Source: Hydrurus foetidus (lineage: Eukaryota). Taken from it: a DNA stretch of 64,000 nt. Location: the NCBI GenBank assembly GCA_900617105.1, contig UYFQ01000001.1, positions 310,001-374,000 on the forward strand. Reading direction: 5' to 3'. How positions within the stretch are numbered: the first letter of the stretch is position 1; the number at the start of each line of letters is the position of its first letter. Below the pieces are notes generated by a model that worked only from the letters and a program-made list of their open reading frames with translations, did not search any database and was not told the origin of the DNA. The translations under genes were made by a program, and so were the position numbers. Positions 11,219 through 23,107 of the stretch are shown here, piece after piece.

Positions 11219-11676
11219 GACGGTTTCTCCACAAGTTTTAAAAAAGCTGAAGGCGTGCAGACGGGCGGGCCAATGCGAACTTGGCTGGCCCGGTGATGCC
11301 GCTGGACAGGGGGATCAAAGTCACGCAGATTGAATGTGACCAGATGCGTTGCTGCGCCATTTGCGGCAGCTTCCAGCACCATTTCATCTTTGGGGTCGCG
11401 TAGTTGAGGTCGCCATAAAAAATGAGACTCCACCGCTTGTACTTTGGCGCACAGGGCATGGAGTACATCATCAATGTCTTGCAAAGTTAAACCGTGCTTT
11501 TGCATCATCTCTGAGCGCTTCAGCACCGCTTCGTATTCCAGCCACAGTGCAGTAGAGGCCAGCATGGTGAACCGGTCGTCCATGACCAAATCAAGCAAGG
11601 CAAATGATGCACCACGGCGGCTTAAAAATGCCGCTACAAGCACATTGGTGTCTAACACGGCCGCGTATTTCATCAT
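11215..11676 (-). CDS. PIN-domain toxin (PIN_3 type)
   Basis: VLDTNVLV, LRDPKDEMVLE and LVTFNLRDF motifs. Confidence 0.88.
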   Translation of the reverse strand: MMKYAAVLDTNVLVAAFLSRRGASFALLDLVMDDRFTMLASTALWLEYEAVLKRSEMMQKHGLTLQDIDDVLHALCAKVQAVESHFLWRPQLRDPKDEMVLEAAANGAATHLVTFNLRDFDPPVQRHHRASQVRIGPPVCTPSAFLKLVEKPS

Positions 11677-11724
11677 ATTGCCGATAATAGCATTGTGATG
11701 AAAATACCGTGCTTCTTTGCGCTT

Positions 11725-14106
11725 TCAGTTCCCCTCTTCAAATCCAATCCGCGCCACAAATCCCCCCTCGGGTGGCTCTAAATACGTCCAATCATCGGCC
11801 ACGCGCAGCACGCTGGGGGGGGGCGTGTAGGTTTGCACCGGCACGCCTTTGAGCGCTTTGGCCATGTAGTCGATCCAGATGGGCAGTGAGAGGCCGCCGC
11901 CGGATTCGCCGCTGCCCAGGCTGCGGGGTTTGTCGTAGCCCATCCACACCACTGCGGCCAGACCTGGCTGGAACCCGGCAAACCAGGCATCTACCGCGTC
12001 ATTGGTGGTGCCGGTTTTGCCGTAAATGTCGGTGCGCTGCAAGATGGCTTGGGCTTTGGCGGCGGTGCCGGTGCGTGTTACTTCGTTCAGCAGGCTGTTG
12101 GTGATGAACACATTGCGCTCGGGCACAGCACGCTCGGTGTCGGCCAGCACGGGCGGTGGCGGGGCTTCAAACAGCAGTTTGCCTTGCGCGTCGGTGATGC
12201 GCTCTATCACCACGGGCAGCATTTTGTAGCCGCCGTTGGCCAGCATCGCGTAGGCGCTGGCCAGTTGCAATGGGGTGGTGCTGCCCGAACCCAAGGCCAA
12301 GGTCAGGTTATCGGGTTGCTTGGTGGTATCAAAACCATAGCGTTCAACCCAGGTGTGTACAGCGGGAACGCCCAAAAACTGCAAGAGTCGCACGCTCACG
12401 GTGTTTTTGGATTTGGCTAGCGCTTGGCGCAGCGTCAGCGGGCCGTCGTACTGGCCGTCGGCGTTTTGGGGGCTCCAGGCGGCTGCCCCCTCAGCGCCGG
12501 GCAAGACGATACGGGCATCGTTGATGACGGTGGCGGGGGTCACGCCTTTTTCCAAGGCGGCAGAGTACAAAAATGGCTTGAAGCTGGAGCCGGGTTGCCG
12601 CCAGCCTTGGGTGACGTGGTTGAACTGCTGCTCAGAAAAATCAAATCCACCGACCAACGCCTTGATCCTGCCAGTGTGGGGTGCTATGGATACCAGAGCG
12701 CTCTGCACTTCAGGCCATTGCGCGATAGCCCAGGTAGCGGTTGCGTTTGATGGGGTTATTGCGGTTGAAGCGGTTGTTGCGGGGGCGGCACTGCCTGCTT
12801 TGGCCGTGCGCGTGGCGGGTGGTGCGGCCTTATCGTGCCGTTGAATCCGGATGATGGCACCTCGGCGGATAGCGAGGTCGGCGGCGACTTTGGGGCTGAG
12901 CGCGGCTTGTGCCCAGCGCAGACCTTCGCCGTTCAAACGCACCGTTTCGCCCGTGGCCAAGCGGGCCACCACCTCTTGCGGGTTGGCATGCAGCACGATG
13001 GCGACGCGCAGCTCTTCGTCGTCGCTGTAGTCTTTCAGCGCCAGGGCGGCGGCGGCATCCTCTTGGGCGGCATCGGTGGGCAGCTCTTCGGTTCCTTCGG
13101 GGCCACGGTAGGCTTGGCGGCGATCGAAGGCCAGCACGCCTTTGCGTATGGCTTGGTAGGCGGCTTGCTGGTCGGTAGACACCAGCGAGGTGTAGACCTT
13201 GAACCCCTGCGAATAGGCCAGCTCGCCGTAGCGCTCAAACACCGCTTGACGCGCCATCTCGGCCACGTTTTCGGCATGAATGGGCACTTTCAACGGCGAG
13301 CGGATAGCGAGTTTTTCGGCCTTGGCCGCATCCCACTGCGCTTGGGTGATGACACCGACGTTGAACATCCGCTGCAAGACGAGACGCTGGCGGTGGGTGG
13401 CGCGTTCCAAGTTGGTGATGGGGTTGGCGTAAGACGGGTTTTGCGGCAAACCGGCCAGCATCGCGGCTTCGGCGATCGACACCGAGGCCAGGGGTTTGCC
13501 AAAGTAAACCTGCGACGCAGCGCCAAAACCATAGGCCCGGTGGCCCAGGTAAATCTGGTTCATGTAGAGCGTCAAAATCTCGTCTTTGCTCAGCGTCTTC
13601 TCGATCTTGAGCGACAGCAGCGCCTCTTTGAATTTGCGCTCAGCGGTTTTGCGGTTCGACAAAAAGAAGGTGCGGGCCACCTGCTGCGTGATGGTGGACG
13701 CGCCTTGGCGGCGGCCCCCGGTCAGGTTGGCGACGATGGCGCGCATCACGCCAATCGGGTCAATACCCTTGTGATCACGAAAACGGGTGTCTTCGATGGC
13801 GAGCACCGCGTCTTGCATCAACTTGGGCAACTGCGCATAGCTCAGGTACTCACGCCGCTCGGTGCCAAACTGGGCGATCTCTACGCCGTCTGTGGTGAAC
13901 ACCTGCAAGGCTTGCTGGGGCTGGTAGCGGGTGACTTTATCGAGATCGGGGAGTTGGGGGTACCACCACGCGGCGGCAGCCGAGGTGGCAAGGGTGCCGA
14001 GCAAAATCAGCAGGGCCAGCCCCGAGAGCAACGCGCGAGATAAAGCGCCAGATTGCGACTTAAGGGCGGGGTGAAAATAAGAAGGCGTTGGTTTCATGGA
14101 AAGCAT
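11725..14106 (-). CDS. Class A penicillin-binding protein (PBP1A family)
   Basis: Transglycosylase motifs EDTRF and GASTITQQ. Transpeptidase motifs SSFK, SKN and KTG. Confidence 0.92.
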   Translation of the reverse strand: MLSMKPTPSYFHPALKSQSGALSRALLSGLALLILLGTLATSAAAAWWYPQLPDLDKVTRYQPQQALQVFTTDGVEIAQFGTERREYLSYAQLPKLMQDAVLAIEDTRFRDHKGIDPIGVMRAIVANLTGGRRQGASTITQQVARTFFLSNRKTAERKFKEALLSLKIEKTLSKDEILTLYMNQIYLGHRAYGFGAASQVYFGKPLASVSIAEAAMLAGLPQNPSYANPITNLERATHRQRLVLQRMFNVGVITQAQWDAAKAEKLAIRSPLKVPIHAENVAEMARQAVFERYGELAYSQGFKVYTSLVSTDQQAAYQAIRKGVLAFDRRQAYRGPEGTEELPTDAAQEDAAAALALKDYSDDEELRVAIVLHANPQEVVARLATGETVRLNGEGLRWAQAALSPKVAADLAIRRGAIIRIQRHDKAAPPATRTAKAGSAAPATTASTAITPSNATATWAIAQWPEVQSALVSIAPHTGRIKALVGGFDFSEQQFNHVTQGWRQPGSSFKPFLYSAALEKGVTPATVINDARIVLPGAEGAAAWSPQNADGQYDGPLTLRQALAKSKNTVSVRLLQFLGVPAVHTWVERYGFDTTKQPDNLTLALGSGSTTPLQLASAYAMLANGGYKMLPVVIERITDAQGKLLFEAPPPPVLADTERAVPERNVFITNSLLNEVTRTGTAAKAQAILQRTDIYGKTGTTNDAVDAWFAGFQPGLAAVVWMGYDKPRSLGSGESGGGLSLPIWIDYMAKALKGVPVQTYTPPPSVLRVADDWTYLEPPEGGFVARIGFEEGN

Positions 14107-14240
14107 TTGAAGACGAGAGGATTATCGGCAATCGTCTCGTCTCGCTTTGCAATGAAACCACTATTTGCTGCTTATTTGAGGCCTATTTGCTATTTATTCG
14201 ATAGCTTTTTGAGCTTTAAGAATAAGCGTAAAAGCCGCAT

Positions 14241-14684
14241 TTACCGCAGCACCAAAACCGGCGTGTGCGAATGCGTCAGCACATGCTGGGTTTCGCTGCC
14301 CAGCAGCAGGCGTTGGATACCTTTGCGGCCATGTGAGGCCATCACGATCAGGTCTGCCTTGCACTGTGTGGCTTTCGCGATGATGCTTTCGGCGATCAAA
14401 TCTGATTTCACGACTTGCGCCTGCGCAATGACCCCTTTGGCAGCGGCGGCGACAAGGCCGGCATCTACAACCGCCTGTGCATCAGCCGCCCATTGCGCCT
14501 CGATGCGTTCGATCTCTTCCATGCGCATCGCCATGCCCCCTTCAAAGTAGGTTCGGGCGTAGTGCGGGATGATGTTGACAATTGTCAATGCTGCCTTGGT
14601 CAACGCGGCCAAGTCGATACCGCTGGTCACGGCGCGCTGGGAAAGTTCTGAACCGTCAGTTGCAACAAGAATATGGGTGTACAT
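14241..14684 (-). CDS. Universal stress protein, copy 1
   Basis: HILVATDGS and MASHGR...LLLGSETQ motifs; 147 aa. Confidence 0.92.
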   Translation of the reverse strand: MYTHILVATDGSELSQRAVTSGIDLAALTKAALTIVNIIPHYARTYFEGGMAMRMEEIERIEAQWAADAQAVVDAGLVAAAAKGVIAQAQVVKSDLIAESIIAKATQCKADLIVMASHGRKGIQRLLLGSETQHVLTHSHTPVLVLR

Positions 14685-14742
14685 GGTCATCTCCGTGTGT
14701 GGATAGGAGTACTTAGCATAGGATTCTTTCTCCGCAGGGGTG

Positions 14743-14756
14743 TTGATATGGATCAA
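14743..14756. promoter_or_regulatory. FNR box for usp copy 1
   Basis: TTGAT-ATGG-ATCAA, a perfect consensus. Minus-strand -10 TATGCT at 14720-14715 gives class II spacing. Confidence 0.85.
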
Positions 14757-14821
14757 ACGTGGTGTTGTCTGATACGGATGGCTTTGCCCACTTCAATCAG
14801 CCCTGTGAACGGGCGGATGAT

Positions 14822-15265
14822 TCAGCGCAGCACCAACACCGGCGTGTGCGAATGCGTCAGCACTTGCTGGGTTTCGCTGCCCAGCAGCAGGCGTTTGAGG
14901 CCTCTGCGGCCATGTGAGGCCATCACGATCAGGTCGGCGGCGCAATCTGTGGCGGCGGTGATGATGCCCTCGGCTATCAAGTCTGACTTCACCACGATGG
15001 CATAGGCGGTGATGCCTTGGGCCTCTGCCGTGGCTTTGCTGGCATCAACGATGGCTTGTGCATCGTCTGCCCATTGCTTTTCGATGCGTTCAGACTCGTG
15101 CAGGCTGATGGTCATGGCCCCCTCAAAGTAGGTGCGGGCGTAGTGTGGGACGATTTTGACAATCGTCAGATCCGCCTTGGTCAGTACGGCCAAGTCAATA
15201 CCGCTGGTCACGGCAAGTTGGGACAGCTCTGAGCCGTCGGTGGCAACAAGAATATGTTTGTACAT
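14822..15265 (-). CDS. Universal stress protein, copy 2
   Basis: Same length as and highly similar to copy 1. Confidence 0.92.
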   Translation of the reverse strand: MYKHILVATDGSELSQLAVTSGIDLAVLTKADLTIVKIVPHYARTYFEGAMTISLHESERIEKQWADDAQAIVDASKATAEAQGITAYAIVVKSDLIAEGIITAATDCAADLIVMASHGRRGLKRLLLGSETQQVLTHSHTPVLVLR

Positions 15266-15323
15266 GGTCATCTCCGGATGTGGACAGGAGGCCTCAGCAT
15301 AGGCGGATTTATCTGTTTCGGTA

Positions 15324-15337
15324 TTGACGTGGATCAA
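15324..15337. promoter_or_regulatory. FNR box shared by divergent usp2 and ccoI
   Basis: TTGAC-GTGG-ATCAA. -10 TATGCT (minus, 15301-15296) and TAGTCT (plus, 15360-15365). Confidence 0.82.
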
Positions 15338-15371
15338 AGGCAACTTTGTCTGACGGGGATAGTCTTGCCCC

Positions 15372-17693
15372 ATGCCTGTCAACCTCGCACTCCATCCCTT
15401 TGTTGCCCCTGTAGCGCCTGTGCCGGTTAATCCTTCTGCGCCTCCTTTAGCGCACTCCGCGTGGCTGGACGACCCTGCCGAGTGGGCGACTTTCAGCCAA
15501 CCGTCCACTGAATGGCCCGCCTGCCAGGAATCGCAACTGCTGATTGACGGCATGCACTGCGCGGCCTGCGCATTGACCGTGGAGCACGCCTTGCGCAGCC
15601 TGCCCGGCGTGGTGCTGGCCGAGGTGGGCGCAGCATCGCGGCGGGCGCGGGTGGTGTGGGCAGCAGACGTGGTGCGCCCTTCGCAATGGTTGGCTGCGGT
15701 AGAAAAGGCGGGCTACCACGCCATTCCCGCGTTGGACGCTACGGAACGGGCACGCCGCAAGGTAGAGCAGCGCCAAGCCTTGTGGCGCTGGCTGGTGGCC
15801 GGTTTTTGCATGATGCAGGTGATGATGTACGCCATGCCGGCCTATGTGGCTGGGCCGGGCGAGATGACGCCAGACATGGCTCAGCTGCTGCGTTGGGCAT
15901 CTTGGGTGCTGACGCTGCCGGTGCTGGTGTTCTCATGTGGGCCGTTTTTTGCCAACGCTTGGCGCGATGTGTGCCAGCGCCGCGTCAGTATGGATCTGCC
16001 CGCCGCACTGGGCATGGCCGTGACTTTTGTTGTCAGCAGCGCGGCCACCTTCGATCCGCAGGGCGTGCTGGGGCACGAGGTGTATTTTGATTCGCTGACC
16101 ATGTTCGTCTTCTTTTTGCTGACCGGGCGCTGGCTGGAACTGCGTCTGCGGGATCGCACCGCCGGGGCTTTGGAAGCCCTCATCAGCCGCCTGCCTGACA
16201 GCGTAGAGCGCTGGGATGGCGCGGCCACCTTCGTTCGCGTGGCCGTGCGGCGACTGCGCCTGAACGACCGCATCCGTGTGCTGCCGGGCGAGGCTTTCCC
16301 CGCTGACGGCACGCTGCTGCAAGGCCACACCCAGGTGGACGAGGCGCTTTTAACAGGGGAATCCACTCCGCTTCAGCGCAGCGTGGGCCAGAGCGTGCTG
16401 GCGGGCAGCTACAACCTGAGCGCCCCGGTGGAGGTGCAGGTTGACCGCTTGGGCGACAGCACCCGCTTTGCGCACATCGTGGCGCTGATGGCCCAGGCAG
16501 CCACCCAAAAACCCCGGCTGGCGCAGCTGGCAGACCGGATGGCGCGGCCCTTTTTGGTGGGCGTGCTGGTGGCCGCTGCGCTGGCGGGCTTGCTGTGGTG
16601 GCCGTCTGGCCCCGGTGCGGCGCTGATGGTGATGGTGGCCGTGCTGATCGTCACCTGCCCCTGTGCGCTCTCACTGGCTACCCCGGCGGCGCTGCTGGCC
16701 ACGGCGGGCCGTTTGGCGACATCGGGCGTGCTGGTGCGCCGTCTGCAAGCGCTGGAGAATTTGGCCAAGGTGGATACCGTGGTGTTCGATAAAACCGGCA
16801 CCTTGACACGGGATGGCATGACCGTGGTGGGCATCCGTACCCGAGGTGGCTTGCCACCCGCCGTTGCGTTGGGGTTGGCTGCGGGCTTGGCTGCGCAGTC
16901 GCTGCACCCGGCATCACGGGCTGTGGTGGCCAGCGCTCAAGCGCAAGGGGTCGTTGCTGAGTCAGTGCGGCAGGTAGAAGAAGTCGCGGGGCAGGGCATG
17001 TGCGGGACGGATGCTTTGGGGCGTGTCTTCTTCGGGTCTGCGGCGTGGTGTAGCGTGCCCACAGGGGGGGGGGCAAAAGTGGATGTGCAGGTTGTGGGCA
17101 GGGACTCGGCGCGCCAGGTTTACCTGAGCGATGGTTTGGGCTGGCTGGCCACCTTTGATCTGTCCGAGGATGTGCGGCCCGACGCGGTAGAGGCTGTCCA
17201 GGCGCTCCAGGCTGCTGGGCTGCGGGTTGAGTTGTTGTCTGGTGACCAGCCTGCCGCTGCACTGCGGGTAGCCGCTCAACTTGGTATGGCCCAGGCGCGT
17301 GGCGGCTGCACGCCGAACGACAAACTGCAGCACCTGCAAGCCTTGCAAGCCCAAGGGCGTTGCGTGGCGATGGTGGGCGATGGCCTGAACGACGGCCCGG
17401 TGCTGGCCGCCGCCCATGTGTCCTTTGCTTTCGGTCAGGCCGTGCCTTTGGCACAACGTCAGGCGGATATGGTTGTCACTGGCGACGCGCTGTGCCTTGT
17501 GCCACAGACGCTGCTGCTGGCACGGCGCACGCTGCGCGTGGTGCGGCAAAACCTGCTGTGGGCCGCAGGCTACAACGCCGTGTGCGTGCCCCTGGCACTG
17601 GCCGGGTGGCTGCCCGCGTGGTTGGCGGGCTTAGGCATGGCGCTGAGCTCGCTGCTGGTCGTTTTGAACGCCGCACGGCTGTCACGGGGTTGA
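15372..17693 (+). CDS. ccoI: Copper-translocating P1B-ATPase for cbb3 oxidase assembly
   Basis: GMHCAAC, TGES, CPC, DKTGT and GDGLND motifs; cco context. Confidence 0.88.
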   Translation: MPVNLALHPFVAPVAPVPVNPSAPPLAHSAWLDDPAEWATFSQPSTEWPACQESQLLIDGMHCAACALTVEHALRSLPGVVLAEVGAASRRARVVWAADVVRPSQWLAAVEKAGYHAIPALDATERARRKVEQRQALWRWLVAGFCMMQVMMYAMPAYVAGPGEMTPDMAQLLRWASWVLTLPVLVFSCGPFFANAWRDVCQRRVSMDLPAALGMAVTFVVSSAATFDPQGVLGHEVYFDSLTMFVFFLLTGRWLELRLRDRTAGALEALISRLPDSVERWDGAATFVRVAVRRLRLNDRIRVLPGEAFPADGTLLQGHTQVDEALLTGESTPLQRSVGQSVLAGSYNLSAPVEVQVDRLGDSTRFAHIVALMAQAATQKPRLAQLADRMARPFLVGVLVAAALAGLLWWPSGPGAALMVMVAVLIVTCPCALSLATPAALLATAGRLATSGVLVRRLQALENLAKVDTVVFDKTGTLTRDGMTVVGIRTRGGLPPAVALGLAAGLAAQSLHPASRAVVASAQAQGVVAESVRQVEEVAGQGMCGTDALGRVFFGSAAWCSVPTGGGAKVDVQVVGRDSARQVYLSDGLGWLATFDLSEDVRPDAVEAVQALQAAGLRVELLSGDQPAAALRVAAQLGMAQARGGCTPNDKLQHLQALQAQGRCVAMVGDGLNDGPVLAAAHVSFAFGQAVPLAQRQADMVVTGDALCLVPQTLLLARRTLRVVRQNLLWAAGYNAVCVPLALAGWLPAWLAGLGMALSSLLVVLNAARLSRG

Positions 17694-17940
17694 TTTTTCA
17701 GATGAAAAAAGCCTTTATCGCTTGTCTTATATGCGTAAATAGCTATGAAATGTATAGCGAAAAAGCTGGTTAACTTGATCGGTGGGACGGTCAATGCTAA
17801 TGACGCCACGCTGGATAAGTCGTACGTTATTCACCCAAGTCATTGAGACCTTTGTCCTTGGTTTTACACCAGGCAATGAGCCTCTGAAGCCAAAATTTCA
17901 CCGCGCAGTCAATGCGTAAATCCGAATATCAAAAATAAAT

Positions 17941-19563
17941 ATGAAAATTAAAGACTTGAAAATTGGCACCCGTATAGCGTTCTCTTTTGCGACGCTGCTG
18001 TTCATGCTTCTCGCCGTGGCCCTGATCGGCTGGTCGGCACTGTTCAGCAATCAAGCGAAGATCGACGTTATCGTTCTGGAGAACAACGTGAAAATCGCCA
18101 GTTCCAACGCGATGCGTGGCGAACTGAACATCATGGCCAGATCCACTCGCAACTTGATCCTGTATGTGGATCCCGAGATTCGCATTCAACATAAAAAACG
18201 TGTTGCGGATGCAAGAATTGCCTACGAAAAACACGCAAAGAAACTGGAGTCACTGATTCGCACTGACGCGGCCAAGGGCATATTTGCCGACATCGAAGCC
18301 AGCCGTATCGCGGTGGGGCCCCAATTTGATGCCGTCATTGCGCTGGCCGATGCAGGTAAAACCCAAGAAGCCAGCATTCATCTGCAGGACAAAGTTCAGC
18401 CCATTCAAGACAAATGGTTTGCAGGCCTCCAAGCGATGATAGAGAGACAGGAGAAACAGAACGCAGATAGCGTCGCACAAATGCATGAGGCCTACACGCA
18501 CTCCGTTCAGTTAATAAGTGGCAGCGCCATCGTGGCGCTCATGTTAGGTATCTTGTTGACGTGGTGGGTCACGCGCAGCATTACCCGTCCTATCGGTGAA
18601 GCGGTGACCGTGGCGCAAAAAATCGCAGCTGGCGATCTCAATAGTGTGATCGTTGTCGGCGCCAAGGACGAAGCCGGTATCTTGCTGCAGACCTTGTCCA
18701 GTATGCAAACAAGCTTGGCCGCTGTGGTCGCGAATGTTCGCCAGGGCTCAGAAAGTGTGTCAACCGCCAGCGCCGAGATTGCCCAGGGCAACCACGATCT
18801 GTCGGCGCGCACCGAGAGTCAGGCCAGCGCACTGGAGCAAACCGCCGCCTCGATGGAAGAACTCAGCTCCACCGTCAAGCAAAACGCCGACAACGCCCGT
18901 CAGGCGAATCAGCTGGCACAAAGCGCCTCGACTGTGGCAGTGCGCGGTGGTGATGTGGTCGCCCAGGTGGTGGACACCATGAAACACATCAACGACAGCT
19001 CCAAACGCATCAACGACATCATCAGCGTGATTGACGGCATTGCCTTCCAGACCAACATCCTGGCCCTCAATGCTGCCGTGGAAGCGGCCCGCGCTGGTGA
19101 GCATGGCCGTGGTTTTGCGGTGGTAGCGAGTGAAGTTCGTTCACTGGCTGGCCGCTCCGCTGAAGCCGCCAAAGAAATCAAGAGCCTGATCAACGCCAGC
19201 GTCGAGCGGGTCGAGCATGGCAATGTACTGGTCGAACAAGCGGGCGTCACGATGACCGAAGTGGTCAGCAGCATCCGGCGCGTGACCGACATCATGGGCG
19301 AGATCAGCGCCGCCAGCAACGAGCAAAGTCTGGGCGTGTCACAAGTAGGAGAGGCGGTGACGCAGATGGACCAAGTGACGCAGCAAAATGCGGCCTTGGT
19401 CGAAGAGATGGCCGCAGCTGCCAGCAGTCTTAAATCCCAAGCGGAAGATTTGGTTGGCACCGTGGCGGTATTCAAACTGGGTAACAACGGCGATCATCAC
19501 AGCATGGCCCAACGCCCGGTGGCAGCTCTCTCCTTCACCGCGCCGTCAATGCGTAAGTCCTAG
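17941..19563 (+). CDS. Methyl-accepting chemotaxis protein (4HB sensor, HAMP, signalling domain)
   Basis: Two TM segments and the hairpin motif [30 protein letters not shown]. Confidence 0.95.
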   Translation: MKIKDLKIGTRIAFSFATLLFMLLAVALIGWSALFSNQAKIDVIVLENNVKIASSNAMRGELNIMARSTRNLILYVDPEIRIQHKKRVADARIAYEKHAKKLESLIRTDAAKGIFADIEASRIAVGPQFDAVIALADAGKTQEASIHLQDKVQPIQDKWFAGLQAMIERQEKQNADSVAQMHEAYTHSVQLISGSAIVALMLGILLTWWVTRSITRPIGEAVTVAQKIAAGDLNSVIVVGAKDEAGILLQTLSSMQTSLAAVVANVRQGSESVSTASAEIAQGNHDLSARTESQASALEQTAASMEELSSTVKQNADNARQANQLAQSASTVAVRGGDVVAQVVDTMKHINDSSKRINDIISVIDGIAFQTNILALNAAVEAARAGEHGRGFAVVASEVRSLAGRSAEAAKEIKSLINASVERVEHGNVLVEQAGVTMTEVVSSIRRVTDIMGEISAASNEQSLGVSQVGEAVTQMDQVTQQNAALVEEMAAAASSLKSQAEDLVGTVAVFKLGNNGDHHSMAQRPVAALSFTAPSMRKS

Positions 19564-19573
19564 GAATTTGTTG

Positions 19574-19711
19574 ATGGACATCTTGTACTTGCTTATTCCC
19601 TTGTCCGTTGCGCTGGTACTGCTGATTCTCGGCGGGCTGTGGTGGGCCATTCACCGTGGCCAATTTGAGTCGGTTGAGCAAGAAGGTTCGCGCATTCTGC
19701 ACAACGATTGA
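19574..19711 (+). CDS. ccoS: cbb3 oxidase maturation protein CcoS
   Basis: MDILYLLIPLS...WWAIHRGQFE; 45 aa. Confidence 0.9.
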   Translation: MDILYLLIPLSVALVLLILGGLWWAIHRGQFESVEQEGSRILHND

Positions 19712-19721
19712 CCTGGATCAA
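19708..19721. promoter_or_regulatory. FNR box for ccoN, overlapping the ccoS stop codon
   Basis: TTGAC-CTGG-ATCAA with a -10-like GACACT at 19744-19749. Confidence 0.82.
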
Positions 19722-19774
19722 AGTCCCGCCACGCGAACCCCGAGACACTGAGCACTGTACAAAAAGAGGTGCTT

Positions 19775-21223
19775 ATGGGTATTCCAAAATCGCAAGCTGC
19801 CCTGCCCGAGGTCTACAGCGACACGGCGGTGCGGCAGTTTTCCCTCATGGCGGTGGTCTGGGGCGTGGTGGGCATGTTGGTGGGGGTCATCATTGCCTCT
19901 CAACTGGCCTGGCCTGAACTCAACTTCGGCATTCCGTGGCTCAGCTATGGCCGTTTACGGCCGCTGCACACCAATGCGGTGATTTTTGCGTTTGGCGGCT
20001 GTTCGTTGATGGCGACCAGCCTCTTTGTGGTGCAGCGCACCTGCCAGACGCGGCTGTTTTGCCCGCCGCTGGCCGCTTTTGTGTTTTGGGGCTGGCAGGC
20101 GGTGATCGTCGCTGCGGCCATCAGCCTGCCTATGGGCTACACCACCGGTAAGGAATACGGTGAGCTGGAATGGCCCATCGACATCCTTATCACGCTGGTG
20201 TGGGTGTCTTACGCCATCGTGTTTTTTGGCACGGTAGGCCGCCGCCGGGTGCAGCATATTTACGTGGCGAACTGGTTCTTTGGCGCGTTCATCATCGCCG
20301 TGGCGCTGCTGCATGTGGTGAACAGCGCTGAGGTGCCCGCAGGCTGGATGAAGTCGTACTCGGCCTACGCCGGGGTGCAAGACGCGATGGTGCAGTGGTG
20401 GTACGGCCACAACGCGGTGGGTTTCTTCCTGACCGCTGGCTTCTTGGGAATGATGTACTACTTCATCCCCAAGCAGGCTGAGCGGCCCGTGTACTCGTAC
20501 CGCCTGTCTATCGTTCACTTTTGGGCGCTGATTTTCACCTACATGTGGGCGGGCCCGCACCACCTGCACTACACCGCGCTGCCCGACTGGACGCAATCGC
20601 TGGGCATGGTGTTTTCATTGATTTTGCTGGCCCCCAGCTGGGGCGGCATGATCAACGGGGTGATGACACTTTCTGGTGCTTGGCACAAGCTGCGTGACGA
20701 TCCGGTGCTGCGGTTTTTGATTGTGTCGCTGTCCTTTTACGGCATGAGCACCTTCGAAGGGCCGATGATGTCGATCAAGACGGTCAACGCCCTGAGCCAC
20801 TACACCGACTGGACGGTGGGCCACGTGCACTCCGGTGCCCTGGGCTGGGTGGGGCTGGTGTCGATGGGCTCGCTTTACTACCTGATCCCACGCCTGTTTG
20901 GTTTGAAAAAGATGCACAGCGTGCCGGCCATTGAGCTGCACTTTTGGCTCGCCACTGTGGGTATCGTGCTCTACATCGCCGCGATGTGGATTGCTGGTGT
21001 GATGCAAGGTTTGATGTGGGGCGCTGTGAATACCGACGGCACGCTGACCTACACCTTCGTTGAAAGCGTGAAAGCCACTTTCCCGTTCTACGTGGTGCGT
21101 ATGTTGGGTGGTTTGCTGTACCTCACCGGCATGCTGGTGATGGCCTGGAACGTGTGGATGACGGCCATCTCGGGTCGCTCTGTGGTGGTGCCTGTGCCTG
21201 CTGTCTCGTTGGCCCACGCTTAA
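19775..21223 (+). CDS. ccoN: cbb3-type cytochrome c oxidase subunit I
   Basis: [24 protein letters not shown] and GHVH motifs. Confidence 0.97.
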   Translation: MGIPKSQAALPEVYSDTAVRQFSLMAVVWGVVGMLVGVIIASQLAWPELNFGIPWLSYGRLRPLHTNAVIFAFGGCSLMATSLFVVQRTCQTRLFCPPLAAFVFWGWQAVIVAAAISLPMGYTTGKEYGELEWPIDILITLVWVSYAIVFFGTVGRRRVQHIYVANWFFGAFIIAVALLHVVNSAEVPAGWMKSYSAYAGVQDAMVQWWYGHNAVGFFLTAGFLGMMYYFIPKQAERPVYSYRLSIVHFWALIFTYMWAGPHHLHYTALPDWTQSLGMVFSLILLAPSWGGMINGVMTLSGAWHKLRDDPVLRFLIVSLSFYGMSTFEGPMMSIKTVNALSHYTDWTVGHVHSGALGWVGLVSMGSLYYLIPRLFGLKKMHSVPAIELHFWLATVGIVLYIAAMWIAGVMQGLMWGAVNTDGTLTYTFVESVKATFPFYVVRMLGGLLYLTGMLVMAWNVWMTAISGRSVVVPVPAVSLAHA

Positions 21224-21232
21224 GGAAACAAC

Positions 21233-21976
21233 ATGGCTGACAACAACAAACCCGTTAACAAACCGATTCCGTTTTTCTCGCACGAAAAGATCGAGACGAA
21301 CAACTTTCTGATGATCGTGCTGATCTTGCTGGTGGTCGCCGTGGGCGGGCTGGTGGAGATCGTGCCGCTGTTCTTCCAGAAATCGACCACCGAGCCAGTC
21401 ACGGGCTTGAAGCCCTACACCGCGCTGCAACTGATGGGGCGCGATGTGTACCTGCGCGAAGGTTGCTACAACTGCCATTCGCAGATGATCCGCCCCTTCC
21501 GCGCCGAGACGCTGCGCTACGGCCACTACTCGGTGGCGGGCGAGTTCGTGTACGACCACCCGTTCCAGTGGGGCAGCAAGCGCACCGGGCCTGATCTGCA
21601 CCGCGTGGGCGGCAAGTACAGCGACGAATGGCACCGTATCCACCTGAACAACCCGCGTGACGTGGTGCCCGAATCCAACATGCCAAGCTACGCCTGGCTA
21701 GAGAAAACCCCGCTAGACCCCAGCGATGTCGCGCCCCGCATGAAGGCTTTGCGCACTGTGGGCGTGCCCTACACCGATGCTGACATCGCGGGAAGTGCTT
21801 TGGCGGTGAAAGACAAAACCGAGCAAGACGCGCTGATCGCCTATTTGCAGGTGCTGGGCCGGGCGTTGTCTGACCAGCTGGCGGCGAAGGCTGCACAGGC
21901 TGCTGCTGCACCGGCTGTTACCCCTGCATCTGCGGCTACCCCACCTTCCGCGCCAGCCTCTGCTGCGGCACCTTGA
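21233..21976 (+). CDS. ccoO: cbb3 oxidase subunit II
   Basis: [13 protein letters not shown] and [10 protein letters not shown] motifs; Ala/Pro-rich tail. Confidence 0.96.
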   Translation: MADNNKPVNKPIPFFSHEKIETNNFLMIVLILLVVAVGGLVEIVPLFFQKSTTEPVTGLKPYTALQLMGRDVYLREGCYNCHSQMIRPFRAETLRYGHYSVAGEFVYDHPFQWGSKRTGPDLHRVGGKYSDEWHRIHLNNPRDVVPESNMPSYAWLEKTPLDPSDVAPRMKALRTVGVPYTDADIAGSALAVKDKTEQDALIAYLQVLGRALSDQLAAKAAQAAAAPAVTPASAATPPSAPASAAAP

Positions 21977-21991
21977 ACCTGAAAGCCCCCT

Positions 21992-22129
21992 ATGGATGTC
22001 ACCACTTTGCGCATTGCCGCCACGGTTTGCAGCTTCATCACTTTCGTTGGCATCCTTGTGTGGGCGTTTTCGCGCCGCAACAAGGCCCAGTTTGACGAGG
22101 CGGCGCAGCTTCCTTTTCTCCAAGATTGA
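21992..22129 (+). CDS. ccoQ: cbb3 oxidase subunit IV
   Basis: Manually translated 45-aa ORF MDVTTLRIAATV...FDEAAQLPF between ccoO and ccoP. Confidence 0.88.
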   Translation: MDVTTLRIAATVCSFITFVGILVWAFSRRNKAQFDEAAQLPFLQD

Positions 22130-22150
22130 CCCGCCCCACGAGGTTCCCCT

Positions 22151-23089
22151 ATGAGCGATTTCACCAGCAACTTCTGGTCGGTTTTTATCACCGTCATCTC
22201 AGGTGCAGGTATTGCCGCCTGCCTGCTTTTGCTGTGGGTAACGGCCCGCAAAAAAGTGCCTTTCCAAAGCGACAACACCACCGGCCATGTGTGGGACGAG
22301 GATCTGCGCGAGATGAACAACCCGCTGCCGCTGTGGTGGGTGGGCTTGTTCATCTTGACCGTGGTGTACTCCGTAGGCTATTTGGTGGCCTACCCCGGTT
22401 TGGGCTCGTTTGCGGGCACGCTGGGCTGGACGCAGCAAGGCGAATACGACGCTGAGGTGGCCCACGCTAATCAGGCGCTGGCACCACTGTATGCCGACTT
22501 TGCCGCTACGCCACCCGATAAACTGGCTGGCAATGTGCAGGCGATGGCAATCGGCGAGCGCTTGTTCATGAACAACTGCGCCCAGTGCCACGGCTCGGAC
22601 GCACGGGGCAGCAAGGGCTTCCCCAATTTGTCTGACAGCGATTGGCTGCACGGCGGCTCGCCCGAGAAAATCAAGGAAACCATCACCCTGGGGCGCACGG
22701 GCCAAATGCCACCGATGGCGGCTGCGGTGGGCACGCCCGACGAGGTGAAGAACCTGGCCAACTACGTGCTGAGCCTGTCGGGCAGCCCACACGATTCACT
22801 GCGCGCCGGTTTGGGCAAGTCTAAATTTGGTGTTTGCGCAGCCTGCCACGGCGTGGGCGGCAAAGGCAACCCGGCCTTGGGTGCGCCTAATTTGTCGGAT
22901 GATATTTGGCTGCACGGTTGGGGTGTGGAAACCATTGTTGCGATGGTCAACAGTGGCAAAGTGAACCAAATGCCCGCTCAGGCGGACAAACTCACTGAGG
23001 CTCAAATCCATGTGCTGACGGCGTATGTGTGGGGCTTGTCGAACAAGCCAAACCTGTCTGCTACAGCGTCACCCGTCTCCTCTAAATAA
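22151..23089 (+). CDS. ccoP: cbb3 oxidase subunit III
   Basis: TTGHVWD and NNPLPLWW; heme motifs CAQCH and CAACH. Confidence 0.96.
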   Translation: MSDFTSNFWSVFITVISGAGIAACLLLLWVTARKKVPFQSDNTTGHVWDEDLREMNNPLPLWWVGLFILTVVYSVGYLVAYPGLGSFAGTLGWTQQGEYDAEVAHANQALAPLYADFAATPPDKLAGNVQAMAIGERLFMNNCAQCHGSDARGSKGFPNLSDSDWLHGGSPEKIKETITLGRTGQMPPMAAAVGTPDEVKNLANYVLSLSGSPHDSLRAGLGKSKFGVCAACHGVGGKGNPALGAPNLSDDIWLHGWGVETIVAMVNSGKVNQMPAQADKLTEAQIHVLTAYVWGLSNKPNLSATASPVSSK

Positions 23090-23107
23090 GGGCGACGGCG
23101 CAGTCCT

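Noticed and set aside
17775..17794. TTGAT...GTCAA upstream of the MCP as an FNR box
   Set aside because: The half-sites are 10 bp apart, not 4.
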